This document shows positions 37,655 to 50,324 of a DNA stretch of 64,000 nt, piece after piece; the stretch's first letter is position 1; every line of letters starts with the position of its first letter. A program made the translations under genes and the position numbers. The notes beneath the pieces were generated by a model. It saw only the letters and a program-made list of their open reading frames with translations. It had not been told where the DNA came from and ran no database searches. This stretch comes from Callorhinchus milii (taxonomy: Eukaryota), in contig NW_024704742.1 of assembly GCF_018977255.1 (NCBI RefSeq), positions 88,538,001-88,602,000 on the forward strand, written 5' to 3'.

Positions 37655-38752
37655 ATATTCTGCATCTGGGCTGGTCATGACTGAAAGCTGTGAGATATGG
37701 GGCACAATGTAGGGCTACACTTGATAGGGTGAGTTGCAAATTGACCCCAGCTCATATAATGCATTTATTTTTTGAAAGAAAATTTTGTTTACATTACGTA
37801 AAATGCATACAAGAGAAGGAAATAGAGGGGAATGGAAGGGTGGTGGGGGGAGGCTAATATAAAGGATAAGTGGAGGCTCATGTGGAGTTGAGACCTAACA
37901 CAGACTAGTTGAGACAATTGCCTGTTTTGGTGCTGTAGATTGTCGGTATGATTTTGTAAATTGGGAACCGTAACAATACAATTTAATTTACATTTATCTA
38001 GCGCCTTTTATTAAATCTTTTCATTGTGACTATTGTTTGGCAATTAGCATAAAATAGCTTATATTAGTGTTGCACAGTGCTCACAATATTTTCCATTGGT
38101 TCCACAAACACAATATAAATATTAAAAGAAAAAGATTTATATTGAAACATTTTTTAAATAGCAAAGGGACATTCTGAATCCAGAGTAATCCAAATTGTGC
38201 TAAATTCAGATATCTGAAAATTTGCATTCCAGTTTGTTTCAGACAGTGTTTTTCAGATTGGATAACAAAGGCTTCCTCAACAGCTGAATACACCTCCCTC
38301 CTGGTAAAGCCATATATTGTTTAATGTCCACCATCTGCTGAGCTAGGTGATTTCAGCTGAGGCAGTAGAAGGAGCACCCTAAGCTGCAGATGGAGAGAGG
38401 AATGGTTTCAGACATTAGCTTACTGTGTTCCAGCAATGTGATATATTTAATTTAGGCAGATATTCACATTTATTGCTGAGGATGTTCACAAAAGAAACGT
38501 CTGCCATTCTTGTCATGAACTCCGACTTTCCTGCATATTCATCAGATGACATTTCTCCTAAAGTGGTCACCTATCAGCTGCTGCTTCATACTATGTTATA
38601 TTATGCAGGAAATTTACATTATTGAGGGTGACACATATAATTGGTGTTCATCATGCAAACATCGCATGGTTTTACAACACACTAAAAGCCCGGCTAGCCA
38701 GCACAATGCAGGGAAGATCAGGTCCTGTGAGCTGGAATGTCCGGCTAAGTGT
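37655..38752 (+). pseudogene. PLAT/LH2 domain remnant of the polycystin-like pseudogene, in two pieces
   Basis: IFCIWAG..*..*..HNVGLHLIG (37655-37729); FPAYSSD/TFLLK; GNLHY/LRVTH..G...AWFYNTLKAR...NVRLSV fits the polycystin PLAT pattern VxTG..VxxxLxG..DxFLL..LGxLxxLRxWHDNxG..SWF..WLS. Confidence 0.75.
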
Positions 38753-39094
38753 AATTATATTGCCAACATTTACATTACTGGTATATTATCAATACCAACG
38801 GTACCTGAAAGGGTGGCCAATTCAATAACAACTTTTAGGAGAGAAGTAGATAATTATTAAGTAGATAAGTTTGCAGGGCTATGGAGAGAGCAGGGGAGTG
38901 GGATTGATTTGGATTGCTCTTTTCAAAGGGCTGACACAGACACGATGGGCCAAATGGCCTCCTTCTTTGCTGTATAATTCTATGATTCCATGATTTACCA
39001 GCTTTTTTCAGTGCCGATAAATGCATAAATCCCTGGGGAATTGTTCGCCAGGACCCGGAGAGAAACTTCTTTTCTCTTTTTCAATAGAGCTTTA

Positions 39095-39452
39095 ATAATA
39101 ATATTCTTTGCATTTGATATAGCGCCAAATCATGCCTTCGAGACGCCTCAAAGTACTTCACTGAATATACTGTAAAGTGAATTGACTCTATATTTTGTGG
39201 GCAAAATGTGGCAGTCAATTGCACACAGTGGTGGATGGAGTGACCAAATTATTATTATTATTTTTTTGAAGGGATTATTACCCCAGGAAAAGCGATCCAC
39301 CAATGACTAACAACCGGGTTCCTACCTACTGTTAGGTAAACAGAGGAGTGTGGAGTAAGGAAATTTGCCCAACGTTTCGCCCTACTTGGGAATTAAACCC
39401 AGGCCCTCTTGTTTGCGAGGTGAATTCTCTAACGAGTAAGCTACAGGACTCC
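39095..39452 (-). mobile_element. SINE family A (long variant) nested in a family B copy
   Basis: head at 39452; family B sequence continues at ~39030-39090 and ~39460-39648. Confidence 0.8.
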
Positions 39453-40185
39453 GTTAGTGTCCATTCAACTGGCAGACTGTACCTCATTTTGACATCTCAT
39501 CTGAAGGACGGCACCTCCAACAATGCAGCACACCACCAGGACTGCATTGGAGTGTCACCTTAGACTGTGAGTTCAAACTGGTGACATGGTGCTTGAAACC
39601 ACAAACTTCTGAATCAAAGACGCGAGGGTTACCAACTGAGCCAGGCCTACAAAATAGTGAAAGCTGACATATTATATTGAACGGGTTGAGGTGAGAGGCT
39701 TTACACTGCTCAAAGAACAGTGGCTGGAAAAAGCTGAGTAGAAAGTTCTATCTTTGTATTAAATTAGGTGCTATATTACTCTCAAGGACATAGCAAACGT
39801 CACCTCAGCTCTCTGAAATTTACCAACGAATCAAGGTACAACCTTTGTGCAGATCTGTCAATTATCTTAAATTGGCAAAGTTTAAATATAATCCTGAAGA
39901 AAATAGTGATGCCAATTACCACAATAAGAACAAATGAGTGGGAGTATGTGATAAAATGAGTGCAGATAGGATTAGTTTTTCTCTTCTCTAGTTCCACAAT
40001 TATAGTCCTGAATAGAATTGTGCTGATCCTTTGTGACTAACTACAACAATCAATCAAATAAAATCAATCAATCAATCAATCTCATTTCACCCATGTTTCA
40101 TACACAGTTACACCACTTTACAGTATATCAGGTGAAGTATTTTGAGACATTTCAACAATATAAGGCACTATATCAAATGCAAAGA

Positions 40186-40551
40186 TAATAATAATCCATG
40201 CATTTGATATAGCTCTTTATCATGTCTTTGCGACAATGCAAAACGCTTCACAGAGTATACTGTAAAGTGAATTCACTGTAATTTTGTGGGCGAATAGCGG
40301 CAGACAATTGCGCACAGCAGTGTCCTACAAATAGTCGTGGATTGAGTGACCAAATTATTATTTTTTTTAAAGGAATTATTATTCCTGGAAAAGCGATCTG
40401 CCAATCGAGTTACAACTGGGTTCGTTCTTACTGCTAGTTAAACAGCGTATGGAGTAAGGAAACTTGCCCAACATTTTACCCTGCCCAGGAATCGAACCCA
40501 GTTCCTCTCGCTTGCAAGACGAGCGTTCTACCCACTAAGGCATGGGACTCC
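40186..40551 (-). mobile_element. SINE family A (long variant)
   Basis: full head, body and tail. Confidence 0.85.
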
Positions 40552-40704
40552 ACATGAATTGAGACTCTGTTGCCGTCCTGTGTGGTGAATGTAGGGGCTT
40601 GCAGTTGGACTGTAGGTCTCCGTGTAGTTGGATCATTTAATGCTTTGCTTTTTAAAAATACAAATAGAAACAGAGTATTACTCCTCGCTTGGTGCTGGTG
40701 ATGC

Positions 40705-41490
40705 ATCGTGCAGTGCGATGCAATATTCTTTCCCCCATAATCTCCTAGAGATTAAGCTTCTGCAATCTTGATTTCATCACAATTTTTATTCTTGAACAAA
40801 GAGGTTAAACAAATGGAGTCTTGTCTTGCAGTGTTGCCAGGACACATAACTTAACACAAAAGGAGTGTGACAAAATCTTCTAAGTCAGAGGATGAATATT
40901 TAGGAGTCAATGGGCAACACACGCTTTAGTACAGCGTCGTGCTACATTCTCAAGTCCTTGGTTGGGAAATTGAGCTTTGGGGGAAAGATACAAGATAATT
41001 AGGCAGGCTCCTTGCAGCTCTGGGTCAATCTATACAGCTCGATCATGTGTCTTGCCATGAACGTCAACCAAAAAAAGTCTTCGATGATGCGCATGCAAAA
41101 GCCAAACCACTCCAGGGCTTGCAATTTAGCAAAGAATGGTTTCACAAAAGAATATTATGTTCAGATTGGCTTTGTGTTTAATCCAATATAATAATCTGTG
41201 ATGGCTATTGACATTAAAGGTGCTAAAACTGAGATCCAAATATTGTACGAACCACTCATAATGAAGAAACAGATTTTTTAAGCAAAGGAAGTCATTCGGT
41301 CAATTGAGTCTGCGTCACTGCCACCTGTATTACTAAATCACATTTTAGTAATTCCATTTTTTTGATAGATAGTTTTGGTGGTATCACAATCAATAATTGA
41401 GCATGGAGTCTAACCTCTATAATACTGAGAAGGTAACTGACTTCTTCCAGTTCTTTAACAGGTCTATAAGTGGAAGTGCTGTGCATGGCA
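40705..41490 (+). pseudogene. TM3-TM6 and TOP-start remnant of the polycystin-like pseudogene
   Basis: IVQCDAIFFP/NLLEIKLLQS; W../IYTA/IMCLAM; GLQFSKEW..ILCS..TLK; LYEPLIMKKQIF*AKE...LLNHILVIPFF**IVLVVSQ; TDFFQFFNRSI. Confidence 0.65.
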
Positions 41491-44417
41491 AACCAGTGTT
41501 AACATCCAAGCACTTAAATACAATTTGTATGAATAAATATGGCAAATACAGCATTTCTAAAATGGATCTGCCTCACCCTGCCCACCCCCACCCCCCCCCC
41601 CACCATGTGCTGGTGTAAAAGTACAGCAAACTACAAGTTTTTATGAGATGAGAGGGGCAACTGAACCTTGATTGTTATTTTAAATTGACATTTCACTGCT
41701 TTAGTTTCTGTTTTACCAATGGCTCTTCAATATATAGCATCCATTAAATAATAAATCGTAAGAATAATAATCCTTGCATTTGATATAGTACCTTATCATG
41801 TTGTTAATACATTTCAAATTGCTTTATAGGATATACTGTAAAGTTGACTGACTATTTTGTGAGCAAAAGTTAAAAATAAAAATGACAATGAGCACATTTG
41901 AAAATAACTTGAAACCTAATTCCACCTAAAACTGGAAATCCATCCCAAGTCCCTCCGACTCCCTCCCTCATCTCTTTAAGGTCTGTGTCAAGACCTTCCT
42001 CTTTGACCATGCCTTCGATCATCTTTTCCCTCCCCAACACCCTCTCCCACTCCCCTTGGGTGCCAGATAAGATATCAAGCACCTTGGGACATCTTCCTGA
42101 TGTGAAAGGCATGGCATAAATGTAAATTTTACTGTAATTTGTAACCAATTCTCATAGGTATCTGATTCACATATCACTTCAATGTTACAAATCGTGGACT
42201 CGCAGCACAGGGGACAACTGTGACATTGTGAGCTCATGGTTGGTGGTTGAGCTAATGCCTTTCTCTATGGCTTTAATAAAGTTTTGTGGTCTTTTCATAG
42301 TTACCAGATGCAAAGAGAAACATTCTGTACTGCAGCTGCAAACACACAGATCACTCTCCCAGTGGCAGCACAATAATGTATTTATAGAACAGGGAATATT
42401 AAAGGGGCCAGAACTGATTCATTTCAAAAGGTACAGTGACAGTACTGCACAAATGTGAACTCCAGCCAACGGATTTGCTTAAAAATATGCAATGAGAATC
42501 ATTTTGCATGTTAAGAATTTATTTAACAAATATATATTAAAAAATTGTAAAACGTACAAATCTTAATGATTCATATAAAACTTTGGATTCCTTTTTAACA
42601 CAACAATGAAATTATTTCAACACAGAGTGAAATCAAAACCCGAATGACTATTAACTGAACATATTCAACTGATAAAAAGGAAAACAAGTAATGTTCCTTT
42701 CTTTTATACAGCAACTTTTGTCTTCATGTTTGTTTGCCCTAAAGGGTAATATTTTTCTGGTTCATATTATGGAAAATATTAAACATGATCATAGAGAACT
42801 TCAGTTAAATTATTTTCTGATGTCTCTACTCCACCAAAACAAAGATTAGATTTGCACTGAATTGTGCTCACTGACCCTATTTTCTAAACGTTTTGAGTCA
42901 ACCACCTACTGACATTGAAACATGTAGCAGCATTGATGAAGCTAATGCCTGTGTATGCGGTGAAGATCATTACTATTTAAAAATGATTTTTAATATTCCA
43001 TTTTACATAGACAAAAAAAAACACTTCTAACATTTCACTCACATTATTGATGTGATATTAAGTCCTCGATTCTCAGTTTGCGGAGATGGAACAGAACTCT
43101 CTGATGGCACTGCTGCTGGAAGGGTTAAGACAATGGAATATAGCAATTGTAATGAAGATCTCTGTGACCTGGCAGAAGGTCTCATACTTTGGATCATATC
43201 CCAGCACCTAATCACTGTGAAGTGACTGCAAATGAACTCAAACTGTAGTAGGTGTAGTAGCTGAGCATTAAAACCCAACTGATTGTTTTCGGATTCCCAA
43301 TGCTAAAACAAAATAATGGTGGATTTGAATTCTTTATTTTTTTCCAGAAAATAGCTATTTATTCTATGTTAAGGTCTCAATAAATTATTCTAACCAGCAC
43401 TGCAGATATAAAGTATTCTTGTGTTTAATATTAATGTACATAGTAAAATGTACAGAGTGAACCTAGGACTGAGTTAACAGAAGTTGGATAGTCAGCCGCT
43501 CAGCTTAGTTGCAGAGGCTATAAGTTATTTAAAGAACAGGAAAGAGAGATTCTTAATAAGTGATACTGACATGAATTAAATGAGAATTGCCTATTTCTTT
43601 GTGTGATTCTTTGTGCGACAGTTCATAAATAGGTCTACAATGTATGCCCTTGTATCCCAGTTAAAAGAGAACAGGTCAAAAAGAAAAATTCAACACATTA
43701 AATCAGTAAATTGTTTGGCTGCAAAAGGCTTCACACAGCTCCTTCAACAATGCTGCGTTAACAATTCACTGTCAGTTTTGTCGATGTCTTTTGTTTTCTG
43801 CCAATTGGTATCAATCAGAAGTCGGGGCTTTGGACACTTATTATCTTCTGCAATTTCCTCCTCTGTTGCTGTGGCATTAAATTGCAATTTCTCCGATGGC
43901 CCTTTAACAGACTGAATGCTTTAAACTTGAAATAAATTAATTATCTGAGATTTTTGATTTACTGAACAGGCGATGAAGATGTAAAAATACATCCCACACA
44001 AATGGACAAAAAAACAGTTCAATCTTCCATTTAGTAAAAAGCAAAGAGGTTGCTCAAACGCCAGTGTACAATACATAATCTTCGATTATTAAAGCAAGCT
44101 ATTGCTGAATGGTTATTCAAAGATTATCAGGACAGAAGATTACTTTACACTTTGTTGGCAAGTTTATGTTGGTTTTATTTTCCCACGTTTTGTAGCACCA
44201 GCAGAAATAAGAGGAAGACTTCTCTTCGTGATAGCAGATCAGTTTTAAATGTTTCTGCTTCATTTGCTGTCAAAAGAATTAAATGTTACATTTTAGAAAC
44301 GATGAATACTCATTTAAAACTCACAATTTCTTATATAAAAACAATCAGTTTGCTTATCTATAAACTACATTTATGGCACTAAACACAGAAAGCCAAAATT
44401 TCAATAACAAATGTTCA

Positions 44418-45570
44418 GTTACAACAACAACAACCTTCATTTACATGGGGTCAACTTCTATGTTTTCACCCTTCACGAAGGGAAGCATATTAGAGTGCTT
44501 AACAGTGACAGAACTTGACGCTGAGCCAGGGAGAAGGGGAAGAATACGGTCAGCATATTCTAAGAGAAAGGTCTTCAGGTGTGATCTAAAGATGGGCAAG
44601 AGTAGCCACAAATATACAGTCAATTCACTTTACAGTGTGTTCTGTGAAGCGCTTTGGGACGTCCTCCCGACGTGAAAAGCGCTATATCAAATGCAAGGAT
44701 TATTATTATTATTATAAGGCAAATAGATTGAATCAGAGAGTTCCATAGTTTCAGGGCATAGTGGCTGAAAGCACAGCCTCCGATGGTGGACTGGAGGGAA
44801 GAGAGATGTGGAGGCCAGAGCCACCTAAGCAAAGGGTGTGGTGGGTAGATGTCTGGATAAGGGTTTCAGCTGCATTGGGTGTGAGGTATGGCCAGAAGTG
44901 GCATTTGGTGGAGGTAGAAGAATGCGGGCCTGGTCAGGGACTGGATGTGGGGAAGGAAGGACAGATTGGGGATCAATACTGACGCCAAGGTTGCGCACTG
45001 GTTGAGGTAGTTTGAGGGATAGGTAGGGGAGGTTAAGGAAGTCGGAGCCACAGGTGAAGAGACGTAGACAGGAGCCAAGGAGTATGGTTTCTGTCTTGTC
45101 AAATGCAGGTGCAAAACGTTCAGGCATTGATGTCTGACAAACAAGAATGGAAAATGTGGGATTGCCACTGGAGAAGTAGATTTGGGTGTTGTCCACATAC
45201 TTGTGGAATTTGATCCATGTCGGAAGATGACATCACCAAGAGGAAGCATGTAAATGTGGAAAAGAAGGGGGCCAAGGATGGTAATCTGGTTGGTGGGGGG
45301 AAAAGAAAAAACATTTGCAGAGATAGAGTGATGGTGGTGGGTGAAGGAGGACTTGAACCTGGAGTGCGGTCCCACTAAAGTGGATGAAAGAGGACGGCAT
45401 GATGAACTGTGTCGAAGCAGTGGAAAGGTCCAGCGGGAGCCCTGGTCACAGCGAGAGAGAGAGGTCGTCATTTGTGACTTTATCGAGCGCTGTCTCGGTG
45501 CTGTCGGCAGAGCGGAAGCTGGACTGAAGGGGCTCAAGTACGGAGTGGGGGGAGAGGAGAGAGAGGTGTA
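44418..45570 (-). mobile_element. degraded L2 LINE with nested SINE tail (~44605-44715)
   Basis: QSSFR..STETAL, ILGPLLFHIYMLPLG, LWNSL. Confidence 0.8.
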
Positions 45571-45946
45571 AATTAGTTGGTAAATTAAATTGTATGTAAT
45601 ATAATAAATAGCAATAGTTAAGGTTACATAATCTTTTCACATGGCTACAGTTGAAGATTACTTCTGGTCACATCAGGTAGTCCAACCTTGTATGTTGAAT
45701 CTTGTCAGGTTTTTTATCTTGGACAGAATGGATTTTATACTGGAGTGCTGTGCACAATTCTAGTGGCCAGACCTACAGTAGGGAAATCTTGGCATTGGAG
45801 AGAGGACTTTTCTGGTCCTGTATAGTCCTATGTAAGTTATTTGTTACAATATGTGGAAAATCATGAAGTTGGTACCCAAGAACAGTACAGATAATAATCT
45901 TTGTATTTGATATAGCGCTTTATCACAGAATATACTGTGAAGTGTA

Positions 45947-47645
45947 CAACAATAATAACAACAACAAAATTACATTTGTATAACACCTTTCACATCGGGA
46001 GGACCTCCCAAGGCTCTGGACAGTCAGTGTTTCAGGTCCAAGCTGGGGGTCGGGATTGAGGACGTCCTCCTGACGTGAAAGGCGCTTTATAAATGGAATC
46101 TTGTTGTTGTTGTTGTTGTTGAGGAGTGTGGAGGCCGGGGGGGAAGCAGGGAGATTGAAAACACGGTCGAAGAAGAGGGCCTTGAGATGGATCTTGAACG
46201 AGACAAGGGAGGGGGTGAGGCGGAGGGACTGTGAGATGGAGTTCCAGAGAATGGGGGTAGAGTGGCAGACGGCCTGCTTGCCAATAGTGGGGTGAGTGAG
46301 GTGGCGGATGTGAACGAGGCCGGAGCCTGCTGAGTGGAGGGAGCAGACAGGATAGTAGGGAGTTAGGAGGTCGAGAAGTAGGGGGGAGCAAGGCCATGAA
46401 GGGCTTTGAAGATGAGGACCAGAATCTTGAACTGTACCCTCTGTGTGATGGGAAGCCAGTGGAGTCGGGCGAGGATGGGCATGATAGGGTCATGGAGCCT
46501 GGTGCGGGAGAGGACGGGGGCTGCAGAGTTCTGGATAATCTACAGTCTATGACGGGAGGAGTTGGGAGGCCGACAAGCAAGGAGTTTGTATAGTCAAGCC
46601 TCGATGTTATGAATTAATGTATTCGGGTTTCAGCGGCCTGTGGTGTGAGATGCTGGTGGAGCCGGGCGAGGTGGGGGAAGGCAGAGCAGGTCATGGCATG
46701 GATGTGGGGTAGAAAGGATAGTTGTGGGTCAAACAAGACCCCGAGGTTCTGGATTGGCTTAGCAAGGTGGAGTTTGCATCCATGGATGGTGATGCTGTCA
46801 GCGCCTGAGGTGTGGAAGTGCTGAAGGGAGCCAGTCAGGAGAGCCTAGGTCTTATTGATGTTCAACTGACGAAAGTTAGCTCTCATCCAGGACTTGATGT
46901 CTGACAGACATTCAGTCAGGACAGCAGTGATCCTGGAGTCAAGGGTGGAGGCAGAGAGGTACAGTTGGGTAGCATCCATATGCATGTGGAAGTTGACCCC
47001 ATGTCTGCGGATGATGTCACCAAGAGGGAGCACATAGATGTTGAAGATGAGAGGACTAAGGACAGAGCCCTGAGGAACACCGCACGAGATGGTGCGGGGG
47101 CTAGAGGTCAATCCGTTTGTGGAGATGAAGTGGAGGTGGTGTGAGAGCTATAATCTAAACCATTGAAGGACAGAACTGTGAAGGTTGAAGTGAGAGGAGA
47201 GGCGGTGGATGAGGATAGAGTGGTCAATGATGTCGGAGGCAACAGAGATGTCAAGGTGGACAAGGAGGCAGAGGGAGCCCTGGTCATGTATAGACAGAAT
47301 GTCATTTGTCACTTTGACCAGGGCTGTTTCTGTGCTGTGGGCGGCACGGAAACCAGATTGGAGGGGTTCGTGAAGGGAGTGGCGGGAGAGGAAGGAACGA
47401 AGCTGGAAAATAACAACTCGTTCCAGGACCTTGTAGAGGAAAGGGAGGTTGGAGATGGGGAGTTTGAGAGCAGGAATGGGTCCAGGGAGGGTTTTTAATG
47501 ATAGGAGTGATGACGGCTGCTTTTACAAGTGTGGGAATGGTACCAGTGGACAGGGAGAGGTTTATGATGTCTGTGAATAGAGGGGCAAGGAGGTGGAGCT
47601 GGAAGGTAAGGAAATAGGTAGGGATAGGGTCGAGGGAGCAGGTGG
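45947..47645 (-). mobile_element. L2 LINE fragment with RT, containing a short opposite-strand L2 tail (46059-46121)
   Basis: CGVPQGSVLSPLIFNIYVLPLG..HMHMDATQLY (YADD lost); TTGAGGA at both sides of the nested tail. Confidence 0.9.
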
Positions 47646-48228
47646 TTGGTTGGTTTCATGTAGTGACGGTAAATTTTCTGGCAGCCATTTACGCAAAGCA
47701 GTGTCCCACAAACAGTTGTCAATTGAGTGACGACATTTTTTTTGGAAATGGTTATTACGCTCAGAAAAGCGATTGCCAATTGACTAACAACCGTTTTCCT
47801 ATTTACTGCTGGGGAAACAGAGGCATATGGAGTAAGGAAACTTGACTAATGTTTTGCCCTGCCCGGGAATCGCTGAGGCGAGTGCTCTAACCACTAACCT
47901 ACAGGACTCCACAAGATGATGACAAGTTCCACAAGTGCAAATCTGTACTCTAGCAACAGTAAGTTTGCCTATAATGGTCAGATATTTGATGTTCCCTGAT
48001 AACTCAAGTGTTTTGGGACGTCCTCCCGACGTGAAAGGCGCTTATACGAATGTAATCTTGTTGTTGTTTTCGCACTTTAGCCAGAATTGCTTCTGAAGGT
48101 AAACCACACAGAAATTTGCAGCCCAGAAGGCAGGCCATTTACCTCCAGTTCCATTTATAAAGGAAGTTAATATTTCCTTATTCTATCTGCTGTTACGTGG
48201 TTTAAAACTGGATTATAAGCCTCTTGCC

Positions 48229-48363
48229 TTATCCTTTTGAGGTTTGTGTAGATTTTGCAGAACTACTAGACAATTTCTTCCAGAGCTCATTTCTGGTGCA
48301 TGGATTAGAAGAGGGGGAAATAGATATATGTGATCTAAATGTTATTGTCTTCTTAACAGTACC
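48229..48363 (-). CDS. SPATA6L: SPATA6-like probable last coding exon
   Basis: cctgcag|GTVKKTITF...TSKG*; phase 0; weak acceptor and no recognisable motif. Confidence 0.5.
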   Translation of the reverse strand, partial: GTVKKTITFRSHISISPSSNPCTRNELWKKLSSSSAKSTQTSKG

Positions 48364-50224
48364 CTGCAGGATGTGTACCAATTGCATTCTTAATTTACTA
48401 CTGGTATTATGATTCTGCATTTTGCAATTCCCAGAAATTGAGGCTGGCAATATGAGAATCATTACCATGACATAACTATCTAAAGTATCTTATTGTCTGA
48501 GAGTCAGAAAATTACCCCACCAGTGTTATTCAATGGCATAGCTTTTCTGTATTTATTTCTGATTACATAGTGAAATTGCATCCTGAGGTAAAAGTGAGAA
48601 GAAGTATACCTGTGCTTAGTAGCATGTTGAGCTTTTCCTCTCACATGAATTGCTAGCTGCAGAACATCCAGTGAAATTAACATTCCTCTGAAGGCCAAAG
48701 ACAGTTCAGAAACGTTAGTGAAATTCTTCCTTGCATCGTATTACTGACCACCACCACAACATATGCATTTAAAAGGCACCCTTCACACAGGTTAGTATTA
48801 CATTATCTAGGTAAAATAATAATAATCAGAGAATTCATTGTTTCAATCACTATCTTCTATGTCTGTGATGAAAATACTGTCATTATTTTGTGTGCGAAAT
48901 GGCCAAATAAACCCACTTATTTTAATTTTTCTTGTGCTCAAACAATTTAAGGTATTGTATTCAAGGTGAAGGCTGTTAGTGCTAGAAAATTAACATAGCT
49001 ATCATTTCATGCACCCAGTGTCATCTTTAAGCATTCTTCCTACAGGTATGGCAATGGGGCGAATCTCCTGAATCAGAGTAGCAGCACCTTTGAGAAGCAG
49101 CGCCTAGGCAATTACACCAGTGTGACATTTTCTATTTCCCTGTACTAGCTTTGCAGAGTGAGATCCCCAAGTAACAGGCAGTTTAGTGAGTTGGTTCAAT
49201 AATGCCAACTCATAACAAGTTGATGCTCCCAAACTCACAAAAAGACGGGCACTTTCATTACAATAGTCTGGATGGGATTTAAATCACAGTCCCAGAGATG
49301 AAAGGTCAGTGCACTAACCCATTGATCCACCCCTAGGCTTTCTCATTATTGAAGCACAAGTCCATAAACTCTTTTGAAAGGGAATTAGATCAATACTTCA
49401 AAAAGAGAAACATTGAAAAGTGGAATAATACTATACTCCTTTCATTTTACATTATCAACCAATCATGTTAAAACATTTCAGATCACTTCAGTGTCTTGAC
49501 TGTGTATGTGTAGGCAAATATGGCAGCCAACTTGTGTACAGCAATGTCCCACAAACAGCCATGAAATTTATGATCACTTATCAGAAGATTTTTGGCCAGG
49601 ACCTGGGAAAAAAGCATCCTTCTCTTTTTGAATAATGCCATGATCTTTAACGTCCATCTTTATTGGCAGATAGTACTCCCCAAGCATTGCATTTTATTGT
49701 CAGCTTGGATCATGAGCTCAAAGCCCTGATGTGAGGCTTTAACCCAGCCTTCTGATTCAGAGGCAAAAAAGCTACAGAGGTTGGCACTGTATTAGAACAA
49801 CTTGCATTTATACAGTACATTTACTTGGGGTAGCGTCTCAGAGCGCTTAAAACAATTTTGAAAATATTTCAATTTAGACACCTCCTCATCTTAAGTTCCC
49901 TTCCATGTTTATACTGTATTGAGTTCAATATTACTTTTATCTATCAAGTGATTAGAAGCATAAAGAATTTTACTAACCTGTTATCAGGCTTCAAAAATAT
50001 TGAGTCTCAGTTTGCTAAAAGTCAATTTCAAAGGCTACTGTTTTTTTTAGCTAACTGAAAAATCTAATTCTGCAATCTAATTGTTTTATTTGCTCTATGC
50101 CATTCTTTGCATATTTTGACATAAATCTTATACTCAAGATTCTGAGGCGTCCTAGTGATGTAAATATACAGTGAAATATACTTTGCATAGCACTGTGCTG
50201 AATTGCCATGTTGCAGATACCCAC

Positions 50225-50324
50225 CCCTGAAGCCATTTCCTGTGCATCAATGTTTGCCAGAAGATTTTGAACTCTCTCATGAATTCTCTCCCAGGCAGAA
50301 TTTCTCACTGGATCGAAAGGACAA
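50225..50324 (-). CDS. SPATA6L: SPATA6-like exon with WxxIHERV motif
   Basis: ttatacag|...|gtgggt; 100 nt, phase 2-0; AWERIHERVQNLL matches SPATA6L WxxIHERVxxLL. Confidence 0.85.

Larger units (their letters stand above)
23360..42430 (+). pseudogene. decayed polycystin-1-family (PKDREJ-like) gene interrupted by transposons
   Basis: Collinear motif remnants with stops and frameshifts: LSRLDFSW (24473), TMYLHKEK (~32130), FYDPYTW (32686), FWDQPDGC..QC..C (~36970), YFAAGVFALQN (~37243), NSPIVLL..W (~37490), PLAT pieces (37655, 38527-38752), FTxxxRxxxC..NII (~39820), FPxNLL (~40730), GLQFSKE (~41115), LYEPL..LLNHIL (41243), DFFQFFN (~41440); both ends uncertain. Confidence 0.72.
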
